Below, in pieces: positions 53,537 through 61,702 of a stretch of 64,000 nt of DNA. The stretch is from Streptosporangiaceae bacterium (GTDB lineage: Bacteria; Actinomycetota; Actinomycetes; Streptosporangiales; Streptosporangiaceae). Numbering within the stretch: position 1 is the first letter of the stretch; the number at the start of each line of letters is the position of its first letter. The notes under the pieces are model-generated. The model searched no databases. It saw nothing but the letters and a program-made list of their open reading frames with translations, and was not told the DNA's origin. Where the stretch lies: assembly GCA_035517035.1 (NCBI GenBank), contig DATIZP010000022.1, forward strand, positions 13,605-77,604, written 5' to 3'. The translations under genes were made by a program, and so were the position numbers.

Positions 53537-55780
53537 ATGACCGACACCTTCCCGCGTCAGCGTGCCCGCACCCAGAACTTCAGCCTCGGCGCCCCGCGCT
53601 CGTTCGCGGTGTCGCCGGACGGACGCCAGGTCGCGTTCCTGCGCAGCAGGGGCGGCGCCGATCCGGCCACCTGCCTGTGGGTGCTCGACGTGGACGGCGA
53701 CGGCGACCTCGCCGCGGGCGGGTCGGAGCGGCTGGTCGCCGACCCGGCGGCGATCGGCGCCGACAACCAAGAGCCTCCAGAGGAACAAGCTCGCAGGGAG
53801 CGGTCACGAGAGCGGGCCGGCGGAGTGGTGGGGTTCGCCACCGACGCCGGCTTCACGCTGGCCTCGTTCGCCCTTGCCGGCCAGGTCTACACGGTCGGGC
53901 TCGCCCCTGGCGGGGACGCTGCGCGCCCGGCCGGCGCGCGCTCGCCCGCGATCGACCCCAGGCCCGACCCGGACGGTCGCCAGGTGGCCTACGTCTGCGA
54001 CGGGGCACTGCGGATCACCGACCTGCGGACCGGCGAGGACCGTGAGCTGATCGGCCCGCCGCCAGGTACCGCTGGAATCACCTACGGTCTGGCCGAGTTC
54101 GTCGCGGCCGAGGAGATGCGCAGGATGCGCGGGTACTGGTGGGCTCCGGACGGCTCGGCGCTGCTGGTCGCGCGGGTGGACAACACCGTCGTCCGGCGCT
54201 GGCACATCGCCGATCCCGCTCATCCCGACCGAGAGCCAGCGGAGGTGAGCTATCCGGCCGCGGGTACCCCGAACGCTTTCGTTGAACTTCTGATCGTGAG
54301 CACTCACGGACGGTCGGTCCCGGTGCGGTGGGACGCCGAAGCGTTCGAGTATGTCGCCACGGCCGACTGGGACGCCACCGGGCCGCTCGTCGTGGTGCAG
54401 TCCAGGGACCAGAAGCGGATGCGGCTGCTCGCGGTGGATGGCCAGACCGGCGCGACGCGGGTGCTGCGCGAGGATGTCGACGAGTGCTGGCTGGACATCG
54501 TGCCCGGGGTGCCCGCCAGGCTGCGCGACGGCAGGATCGTGTGGACGGCCACCGCGGACGGCGCGCGGCGGCTGCTGGTGTGCGCCGGAAATGACCTGAC
54601 CGGCGGCGCCGTCCCGGTGACCCCGCCGGAGCTCGAGGTGCGGACGGTGTTGTCGGTGGACGGCGATACCGTGCTGTTCACCGGATCAGACGGCGAGCCG
54701 GCCGAGATCGGAGTCTGGGCCTACGGGCCGGCGGGACTGACCAGGATCTCCGGCGACGGGCAGCCAGGAGTCCACGGCGGCGTTCGGGCGGGCGGCACGA
54801 CGGTGCTCACCAGTCAGTCGATGGCTGACCCTGGACTGACCGTCACGGTGCTGCGCGACGGGCCGCGCGACGAGCAGAGCGGCGGGCAGAGCGGCCGGTC
54901 CGTAGCGGTGGCGACGATCGGCTCGCTGGCCGAGCGGCCGATGCTGCCCGCGCTGCGGGTGGAACTGCTGCGCTGCGGGCCGCGCGAGCTCCGCACGGCC
55001 CTGCTGCTGCCGTCCTGGTACCAGCGGGGCTCGGCGAGCCTGCCGGTGCTGCTCGACCCCTACGGCGGGCCGACCTCGCAGCGGGTGCTCGCCTGCGCCG
55101 ACGCCTACCTGGCCTCGCAGTGGTTCGCCGACCAGGGCTTCGCGGTGATCGTCACCGACGGCGCCGGCACGCCGGGCCGCGGACCAGCGTGGGAGCGCGC
55201 CGTGGCAGGGGACCTGGCCGCGCCGATCCTGGCCGACCAGGTCGAGGCGCTCGCCGCCGTGGCCGAGCGCTGCGCCGCCGACGCGGGCGGTGCCGATGCG
55301 GGCGGTGCCGACCTCGACCTGACCAGGGTGGCCATCAGGGGCTGGTCGTTCGGCGGGTACCTGTCGGCTCTGGCCGTGCTGCGCCGGCCCGATGTGTTCC
55401 ACGCCGCGATCGCCGGCGCGCCGGTCACGGACTGGCGGCTGTACGACACCCATTACACCGAGCGTTACCTCGGTCACCCCGACCGCGACCCGGAGGCCTA
55501 CGAGCGCTCTGGCCTGATCGCCGACGCGCACCTGCTCAGCCGGCCACTGATGATCATCCACGGCCTGGCCGACGACAATGTCGTCGTCGCGCACACGCTG
55601 CGGCTGTCATCGGCGCTGCTGGCAGCCGGCCGCCCGCACTGCGTGCTGCCGCTGTCCGGGGTGACGCACCTGGCGTCGCAGGAGGAGGTGGCCGAGAACC
55701 TGCTGCTGCTGCAGGTCGCGTTCCTGCGCAGCGCCCTCGGCGCCGCCGAGCCGGACCCGGTCCCTGGCGGCCCGTCCTGA
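53537..55780 (+). CDS. S9 family peptidase (dipeptidyl peptidase IV-like)
   Basis: N-terminal beta-propeller region. GWSFGGY nucleophile, DDNV and HGL..., YTERYLG. Confidence 0.85.
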   Translation: MTDTFPRQRARTQNFSLGAPRSFAVSPDGRQVAFLRSRGGADPATCLWVLDVDGDGDLAAGGSERLVADPAAIGADNQEPPEEQARRERSRERAGGVVGFATDAGFTLASFALAGQVYTVGLAPGGDAARPAGARSPAIDPRPDPDGRQVAYVCDGALRITDLRTGEDRELIGPPPGTAGITYGLAEFVAAEEMRRMRGYWWAPDGSALLVARVDNTVVRRWHIADPAHPDREPAEVSYPAAGTPNAFVELLIVSTHGRSVPVRWDAEAFEYVATADWDATGPLVVVQSRDQKRMRLLAVDGQTGATRVLREDVDECWLDIVPGVPARLRDGRIVWTATADGARRLLVCAGNDLTGGAVPVTPPELEVRTVLSVDGDTVLFTGSDGEPAEIGVWAYGPAGLTRISGDGQPGVHGGVRAGGTTVLTSQSMADPGLTVTVLRDGPRDEQSGGQSGRSVAVATIGSLAERPMLPALRVELLRCGPRELRTALLLPSWYQRGSASLPVLLDPYGGPTSQRVLACADAYLASQWFADQGFAVIVTDGAGTPGRGPAWERAVAGDLAAPILADQVEALAAVAERCAADAGGADAGGADLDLTRVAIRGWSFGGYLSALAVLRRPDVFHAAIAGAPVTDWRLYDTHYTERYLGHPDRDPEAYERSGLIADAHLLSRPLMIIHGLADDNVVVAHTLRLSSALLAAGRPHCVLPLSGVTHLASQEEVAENLLLLQVAFLRSALGAAEPDPVPGGPS

Positions 55781-55839
55781 GCCGCGGCCGGGCCGGCCCG
55801 CACCCGCAGGCCAGCGCGGCGCCGCCGGGCCGGGTGTAG

Positions 55840-55854
55840 CCAGTGTCACACTGG
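55840..55854. promoter_or_regulatory. perfect 7-1-7 palindrome CCAGTGTCACACTGG upstream of the sdh operon
   Basis: It lies about 105 nt upstream of ATG 55959, in the 178-nt gap after the peptidase gene. Confidence 0.35.
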
Positions 55855-55958
55855 CGGAAGCTCCACCCTGAGCCGTCCAGTGATTACCGTTGGAATAAGG
55901 TTCTGTGGGCAACGCGGGCAGCGATCCCAGCCAATTCAGCTTCTACCCGGAGACGTCC

Positions 55959-56750
55959 ATGACGCAGGTATCGGAGGCGCCGGCCAAAACACGGGCGCAG
56001 ATCGCCAGCAAGACCCTGCGGAAGGACGACTGGTGGCGCCAGCCGGCCGTCAACGGCACCTTCCTGGCGATCGTGGTGATCTACCTGACCTGGGCGTCGC
56101 TCGTCAACGAGGACTACTTCTGGAAGCCGTACATCTCGCCGCTTTACTCGCCGTGCATCGTGACGACCTGCACGCCGGGGGCCGGGTTCAGCTGGATCCC
56201 GTGGGTGGCAGGACTGACCCCCGCGATCATCATCATCTGGGGGCCGATGGGCTTCCGGCTGACCTGCTACTACTACCGCAAGGCCTACTACCGCGCGTTC
56301 TGGCAGGCGCCGACCGCGTGCGCGGTGCGCGAGCCGCACGCGAGGTACACCGGCGAGACCAGGGTTCCGCTGATCCTGCAGAACCTGCACCGCTACTTCT
56401 TCTACGTCGCGCTGATCTTCAACGTGATCCTGACCGTCGACGCCGTGCTCGCGTTCAGGAACCACTCGGGCCAGTGGGGGCACGTGGGCCTCGGAACGCT
56501 CGTGCTGGTCATCAACGCGGCGCTGCTGTGGGTGTACTCGCTGTCCTGCCACGCCTGCCGGCACATCACCGGCGGCCGGCTCAAGCACTTCTCCAAGCAC
56601 CCGGTCAGGTACAAGGCCTGGACCCTGGTCTCCAAGCTGAACGCGCGGCACATGCAGTTCGCCTGGGTATCGCTCGGGTTCGTGCTCTTCACCGACCTGT
56701 ACATCCGGCTTGTGGCCAGCGGCGTCATCAGCGACCCGCGGTTCTTCTAG
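55959..56750 (+). CDS. succinate dehydrogenase/fumarate reductase membrane anchor (cytochrome b type, Sdh1-like)
   Basis: ORF 55905..56750 trimmed to ATG 55959 after GGAGA. Five predicted TM helices with conserved His residues. It precedes the flavoprotein and Fe-S subunits. Confidence 0.75.
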   Translation: MTQVSEAPAKTRAQIASKTLRKDDWWRQPAVNGTFLAIVVIYLTWASLVNEDYFWKPYISPLYSPCIVTTCTPGAGFSWIPWVAGLTPAIIIIWGPMGFRLTCYYYRKAYYRAFWQAPTACAVREPHARYTGETRVPLILQNLHRYFFYVALIFNVILTVDAVLAFRNHSGQWGHVGLGTLVLVINAALLWVYSLSCHACRHITGGRLKHFSKHPVRYKAWTLVSKLNARHMQFAWVSLGFVLFTDLYIRLVASGVISDPRFF

Positions 56751-56777
56751 ATCGAGGCAGAAGGTGCCTAACCTGTC

Positions 56778-58700
56778 ATGACTGACATCGAACGACTTCC
56801 CTATGACGTCGTAGTGATCGGCGCAGGCGGCTCGGGCCTGCGGGCGGCGATCGAGGCCCGGCTGGCCGGCCAGCGGACGGCGGTCATCTCCAAGTCCCTG
56901 TTCGGCAAGGCGCACACCGTGATGGCCGAGGGCGGCTGCGCGGCCGCGATGGGCAACGTGAACCCGAACGACAACTGGATGGTGCACTTCCGCGACACCA
57001 TGCGCGGCGGCAAGTTCCTGAACAACTGGCGGATGGCCGAACTGCACGCCAAGGAGGCACCGGAGCGGGTCTGGGAGCTCGAGGCCTGGGGCGCGGTCTT
57101 TGACCGCACCAAGGACGGCAAGATCAGCCAGCGCGACTTCGGCGGCCACGAGTACCCGCGCCTCGCCCACGTCGGCGACCGCACCGGCCTGGAGATGATC
57201 CGCACCCTGCAGCAGAAGCTCGTGGCGCTGCAGCAGGAGGATGCCGTCGCCCACGGCGACCCGGAGGCCATGATCAAGGTCTACGCCGAGACCACGATCA
57301 CCAGGCTGCTCAAGGACGGCGACGCGATCGCCGGCGCGTTCGGCTACATCAGGGAGAGCGGCCGGTTCGTCGTGTTCGAGGCCCCGGCGGTGGTGCTGGC
57401 GACCGGCGGCATCGGCAAGACCTTCAAGGTGACGTCGAACTCCTGGGAGTACACCGGCGACGGTCACGCGCTGGCGCTGCTGGCCGGCGCCAAGCTGCTG
57501 AACATGGAGTTCGTGCAGTTCCACCCTACCCACATGGTGTGGCCGCTGTCGGTGCGCGGGCTGCTGGTGACCGAGTCGGTGCGCGGCGACGGCGGCGTCC
57601 TGCGCAACTCCGAGGGCAAGCGGTTCATGTTCAACTACGTGCCCGACGTGTTCCGCGGCCAGTACGCGGAGACCGAGGAGGAGGCCGACCGCTGGTACGC
57701 CGACCATGAGCACAACAGGCGCCCGCCCGAGCTGCTGCCGCGCGACGAGGTGGCCAGGGCGAACAACGCCGAGGTCAAGGCGGGACGCGGCTCGCCGCAC
57801 GGCGGCGTCTTCCTCGACATCGCCTCCCGGCTGCCCGCCGAGGAGATCCTGCGGCGGCTGCCGTCGATGTACCACCAGTTCAAGGAGCTTGCCGACGTCG
57901 ACATCACCAAGGAGCCGATGGAGGTCGGGCCCGCGCAGCACTACGTGATGGGCGGCGTCGAGGTGGACCCGGACACCGGCGAGTCCGGCGTCCCCGGCCT
58001 GTTCGCGGCCGGCGAGGTCAGCGGCGGTATGCACGGGTCCAACCGGCTCGGCGGCAACTCCCTGTCCGACCTGCTGGTGTTCGGCAGGCGGGCCGGCCTC
58101 GGCGCTGCCGAGTACGTGGCCGCGCTCGGCGACAAGCGGCCGATGCCCGGCGACGGCGCCATCGCGGCCGCCCAGGCCGAGGCGCTCGCGCCGTTCGAGC
58201 GGACCGCGGGCGAGAACCCGTACACCGTGCACGGCGAGGTCCAGGACACGATGAGCGGCCTGGTCGGCATCATCCGCACCGAGCATGAGATCAGGACTGC
58301 CCTGGCCGAGCTGGAGAAGCTGCGCGAGCGGGCCGCCGTCGTCCGGGCCGAGGGCGGGCCTGCCTACAACCCGGGCTGGCACCTCGCGCTCGACCTGCGC
58401 AACATCATGCTGATCGCCGAGTGCGTGGCGCACGCCGCGCTTGAGCGCCAGGAGAGCCGCGGCGGGCACACCAGGGATGACTATCCCGGCATGTCGCCGG
58501 AGTGGCGGAAGGTGAACCTGATCTGCTCGCTCGACGACGAGCAGCGGATCGTGCTGGCCAGGCAGCCGATGCCGCCGATGCGCGCGGATCTGCTCGCGCT
58601 GTTCGACCGCTCTGAGCTGAAGAAGTACCTGACCGAGGAGGAGCTGCCCGCGGCACCCGAACCGGCAGGCGGCACTGGCGCCAGTGAGGAGGGGTCGTGA
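56778..58700 (+). CDS. sdhA: succinate dehydrogenase/fumarate reductase flavoprotein subunit
   Basis: VVVIGAGGSGLRAA, AEGGCAA, FVQFHPT, HYVMGGV, GSNRLGGNSL, ESRGGHTRDDYP. Confidence 0.92.
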   Translation: MTDIERLPYDVVVIGAGGSGLRAAIEARLAGQRTAVISKSLFGKAHTVMAEGGCAAAMGNVNPNDNWMVHFRDTMRGGKFLNNWRMAELHAKEAPERVWELEAWGAVFDRTKDGKISQRDFGGHEYPRLAHVGDRTGLEMIRTLQQKLVALQQEDAVAHGDPEAMIKVYAETTITRLLKDGDAIAGAFGYIRESGRFVVFEAPAVVLATGGIGKTFKVTSNSWEYTGDGHALALLAGAKLLNMEFVQFHPTHMVWPLSVRGLLVTESVRGDGGVLRNSEGKRFMFNYVPDVFRGQYAETEEEADRWYADHEHNRRPPELLPRDEVARANNAEVKAGRGSPHGGVFLDIASRLPAEEILRRLPSMYHQFKELADVDITKEPMEVGPAQHYVMGGVEVDPDTGESGVPGLFAAGEVSGGMHGSNRLGGNSLSDLLVFGRRAGLGAAEYVAALGDKRPMPGDGAIAAAQAEALAPFERTAGENPYTVHGEVQDTMSGLVGIIRTEHEIRTALAELEKLRERAAVVRAEGGPAYNPGWHLALDLRNIMLIAECVAHAALERQESRGGHTRDDYPGMSPEWRKVNLICSLDDEQRIVLARQPMPPMRADLLALFDRSELKKYLTEEELPAAPEPAGGTGASEEGS

Positions 58701-58726
58701 CGGAGTCGCGCCAGGAGGGCAGGGCG

Positions 58727-59527
58727 ATGGGCACCAAGGTGAAGCTGAAGGTCTGGCGCGGCGACGCGGGCCAGGGCGAGCTCGTCGACTACGAGGTCGA
58801 GGCCAACGAGGGCGAGGTCGTGCTCGACATCCTGCACCGGCTGCAGGCCACCCAGGCCAGCGACCTGGCGGTCCGGTGGAACTGCAAGGCAGGCAAGTGC
58901 GGATCCTGCTCGATGGAGATCAACGGCAAGCCGCGGCTTGCCTGCATGACCAGGATGTCGCTGTTCCAGCCAGAGGAGACCATCACGGTCACCCCGATGC
59001 GGACGTTCCCGGTGATCAGGGACCTGGTCACAGACGTCTCATTCAACTTCGAGAAGGCCAGGCAGATCCCGTCGTTCACCCCGGACCCGGCGATCGGGCT
59101 CGGCGAGTTCCGGATGCAGCAGGTCGATGTCCAGCGGTCGCAGGAGTTCCGCAAGTGCATCGAGTGCTTCCTGTGCCAGAACGTCTGCCACGTGATCCGC
59201 GACCACGAGGAGAACATGCCCGCCTACGCCGGGCCGCGCTTCCTCATGCGGATCGCCGAGCTCGAGATGCACCCCGCCGACACGGCCGACCGTCGCGAGA
59301 TCGCGCAGGACGACTTCGGCCTCGGGCTCTGCAACATCACCAAGTGCTGCACAGAGGTCTGCCCGGAGAACATCCACATCACCGACAACGCGCTGATCCC
59401 GCTGAAGGAGCGGGTGGTCGGCCGCAAGTACGACCCGCTGGTGTGGCTAGGCAGCAAGATCACGCGCAAGGTGCACCACGACACCCCGACGGTGCCGGGC
59501 AAGCACGGCGCAGGAACCACCCCGTAA
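58727..59527 (+). CDS. sdhB: succinate dehydrogenase/fumarate reductase iron-sulfur subunit
   Basis: ORF 58697..59527 with ATG 58727 after GGAGGG. CKAGKCGSCSMEINGKPRLAC (2Fe-2S), CIECFLCQNVC, CTEVCP. Confidence 0.9.
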   Translation: MGTKVKLKVWRGDAGQGELVDYEVEANEGEVVLDILHRLQATQASDLAVRWNCKAGKCGSCSMEINGKPRLACMTRMSLFQPEETITVTPMRTFPVIRDLVTDVSFNFEKARQIPSFTPDPAIGLGEFRMQQVDVQRSQEFRKCIECFLCQNVCHVIRDHEENMPAYAGPRFLMRIAELEMHPADTADRREIAQDDFGLGLCNITKCCTEVCPENIHITDNALIPLKERVVGRKYDPLVWLGSKITRKVHHDTPTVPGKHGAGTTP

Positions 59528-59580
59528 TCCGCGTCGTTACTGGCTCTCAGAGGCGACCCGCGTGCCAAGATCGGCGCGCT

Positions 59581-59600
59581 GTGCCCCGAGTTGGGGGCAC
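59581..59600 (+). terminator. candidate terminator hairpin after sdhB
   Basis: GTGCCCC-gagttg-GGGGCAC followed by GGCCCGTTTGG. It lies 54 nt after the sdhB stop. The U-tract is weak. Confidence 0.35.
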
Positions 59601-59662
59601 GGCCCGTTTGGCATGAATATTCTTGCTGCCGCGGGGAGACGCCCGCCAACCGAGAGGCCGTC

Positions 59663-60715
59663 ATGCACCACGTCGTCATGCATCACATGACCTTCACCGA
59701 GGCCATCGTCGTCGGGTTCATCCAGGGCGTGACGGAGCTGTTCCCGGTGTCCAGCCTCGGTCACAACGTGCTGATCCCGGCCCTGGTCGGCGGCAGCTGG
59801 GCCAGGGACCTGAACGTTGCTACACCGGAGTCGCCGTACCTGGCGTTCATCGTGGGCCTGCATGTGGCGACCGCGATCGGGATCACGGTGTACTTCTGGC
59901 GTGACTGGGTGCGGATCATCGGCGGCTTCTTCACCTCGTTCCAAGCCGACCTGCGGCACCCGATCAAGACCAGGACCTCGGACCAGAAGCTGGCCTGGAT
60001 GATCGTGCTCGCCACGATCCCGGTCGGCCTGGTCGGCCTGGCGTTCGAACACAAGTTCCGCGTCATCTTCGGCGTGCCAAGCCGGGCGGCGATCTTCCTG
60101 GCGATCAACGGCGTGATCCTCTACGCCGGGGAGCGCTTCCGCACCCGCAAGTCGCTGGCCGCCGACCAGCAGGTGGTGGCCGAGCGGGAGCAGCCGCAGC
60201 CGCAGCCCGAGCCCGAACCCGAGCCCGAGCGCGAGCTGGTCGGGGCCGCCCGGGTGCCTGGAGCCCACTCCTCCGGCCAGCGGGCCGTGCGGCAACAGGA
60301 GATCACGACCGCGATCGCCTCTGACCGCAGGATCACCGCGTTCGGCTACGCCTCGGCCGTGCTCATCGGCGCCGCCCAGATCCTGGCGCTGCTGGCCGGG
60401 ATCAGCCGGGACGGCGTCACGATGGTCGCCGGCATGTTCCGCGGCCTGTCCCGCGAGGACGCGGCGAGGTTCGCGTTTCTGCTCGCGACGCCGGTCATCC
60501 TCGCGGCCGGCATGCTGAAGGTTCCCGACCTGCTCGGGCACCTGGGCAACGGGATCCGCCCGCAGATCCTGGCCGGCAGCGTGGTCTCCGGCATCGGAGC
60601 CTACGTGTCGGTCAGGTTCCTTATGAAGTACTTCCGCACCAGAACCCTGTACCCGTTCGCGATCTACTGCCTAATCTTCGGCCTAGGCAGCTACATCTAC
60701 CTGACCGTGAAGTAG
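59663..60715 (+). CDS. uppP: undecaprenyl-diphosphate phosphatase with about 50-aa loop insertion
   Basis: ORF 59591..60715. ATG 59663 follows GAGAGG; ATG 59678/59687 are alternatives. Motif 1 is GVTELFPVSSLGH. Motif 2 is the variant AGISRDGVT. A QP/EP-repeat insertion lies at about 60154-60330. Confidence 0.8.
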   Translation: MHHVVMHHMTFTEAIVVGFIQGVTELFPVSSLGHNVLIPALVGGSWARDLNVATPESPYLAFIVGLHVATAIGITVYFWRDWVRIIGGFFTSFQADLRHPIKTRTSDQKLAWMIVLATIPVGLVGLAFEHKFRVIFGVPSRAAIFLAINGVILYAGERFRTRKSLAADQQVVAEREQPQPQPEPEPEPERELVGAARVPGAHSSGQRAVRQQEITTAIASDRRITAFGYASAVLIGAAQILALLAGISRDGVTMVAGMFRGLSREDAARFAFLLATPVILAAGMLKVPDLLGHLGNGIRPQILAGSVVSGIGAYVSVRFLMKYFRTRTLYPFAIYCLIFGLGSYIYLTVK

Positions 60716-60838
60716 CGGCCCAGGCCCAAGCCCAGGCCCAAGCCCAGGCCCAAGCCGCGGCCCAGGCCCAGGCCCAAGCCGCAGCCGGCCGCGGCCGGCC
60801 GCGCTCGCGCCGCGCCGCGCCTGGGCCTGGGCCTGGCC
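60715..60838. repeat. hexanucleotide microsatellite (CARGCC)n plus downstream inverted complement
   Basis: About 12 units of CAGGCC/CAAGCC/GCGGCC run from the uppP stop codon onward. GCCTGGGCCTGGGCCTGGCC at 60819-60838 is complementary to them. Confidence 0.9.
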
Positions 60839-60946
60839 GATCAAGCGGGGCGCCTTGCTGCTGCCCTCGCGACTGTGAAGTGCCCCCGATGCAGGCGTGG
60901 TCACGTCGACCCGGCGCCGGCGGGTCCCGCGGGCGACGGTGCGGAT

Positions 60947-61001
60947 CGACATCGTGCCTCGTTGATGTCGCTCTCAGCAGCATCAACGAGGCACGGTGTC
61001 G
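60947..61001. other. long hairpin: 21-bp stem (one G-T pair), 13-nt loop
   Basis: CGACATCGTGCCTCGTTGATG - tcgctctcagcag - CATCAACGAGGCACGGTGTCG. Confidence 0.85.
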
Positions 61002-61095
61002 CCGCGGGCGCGGGCGCGGACGCGGCCGCGGCCGGGGCCTTCTGCCGCCGTGGCAACTGCAAGTTAACCGATGTCTGAATTGCTACTATTATCCC

Positions 61096-61512
61096 ATGCG
61101 GGGCCATTCAGGTAGCATGGCGGTCGGCGCACGGGCCGAGATCGACGAGTTCGTTCCTTACCTGGCCGGGCTCGTCGGCCAGGCCGCACTCGACCGGCTA
61201 GCCGACGGCGCGCACCCCGACCTCGACCAGCACATGGCCGCCGTCACCGAGGCGGCGAAGGACGTGCTCGGCCGACGCCACACGGACCCAGCCCACCTGC
61301 TCGGCTTCCTGGTCAGGTACGCCACCGGCTTCCTCTCCGCAGCGACCGCGGGCGGCTGGCGGCCTGCCGCCGACGCGCCCTCGCCCTGCGCAGCCGGACC
61401 GTCAGGCAGCGCCCAGCTGCCCGACTGGGAATCGATGCGCCTGGCCGCCGTCTGCCGACTCGTCGCCGAGCACACCGCGACCGCCCCGCCCGACACCCGC
61501 GCCCCCACCTGA
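61096..61512 (+). CDS. hypothetical protein
   Basis: Part of ORF 60880..61512. ATG 61096 lies immediately after an AT-rich TACTAT/TATTAT box, so the mRNA may be leaderless. Codon bias is coding-like. No domain recognised. Confidence 0.5.
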   Translation: MRGHSGSMAVGARAEIDEFVPYLAGLVGQAALDRLADGAHPDLDQHMAAVTEAAKDVLGRRHTDPAHLLGFLVRYATGFLSAATAGGWRPAADAPSPCAAGPSGSAQLPDWESMRLAAVCRLVAEHTATAPPDTRAPT

Positions 61513-61695
61513 CACCGCGCGCCCCTATCTGACACGGGCGCCTCGCCTGACACCGGCGCCCCGCCCCTGACACCAGCGCCCCGCTCCGACACTCGCGCCC
61601 CGCCCTGATACCCGGCGCCCCGCCCCTGACACCAGCGTCCCGCCCCGACACTCACGCCTCGCCCTGACACCAGCGCCGCGCCTGACATCGGCCCG
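61503..61695. repeat. about ten degenerate 18-20 bp tandem repeats (consensus CCCCGCCCCTGACACCAGCG)
   Basis: A CTGACAC-type core recurs at 61509, 61528, 61546, 61566, 61585, 61604, 61625, 61644, 61662 and 61681. The array lies between convergent genes and the period is not a multiple of 3. Confidence 0.85.
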
Positions 61696-61702
61696 GGCGG
61701 GC

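Noticed and set aside
60621-60986. Minus-strand ORFs translating to AWAWAWAW or LGPGLGPG repeats.
   Set aside because: These are artefacts of translating the hexanucleotide microsatellite. All three frames stay open for the same reason.
61158-61688. A 176-aa minus-strand ORF across the 19-bp repeat array.
   Set aside because: The period is not a multiple of three, the composition is Gly/Arg/Ala shadow-like, and it overlaps the better-supported plus-strand gene.
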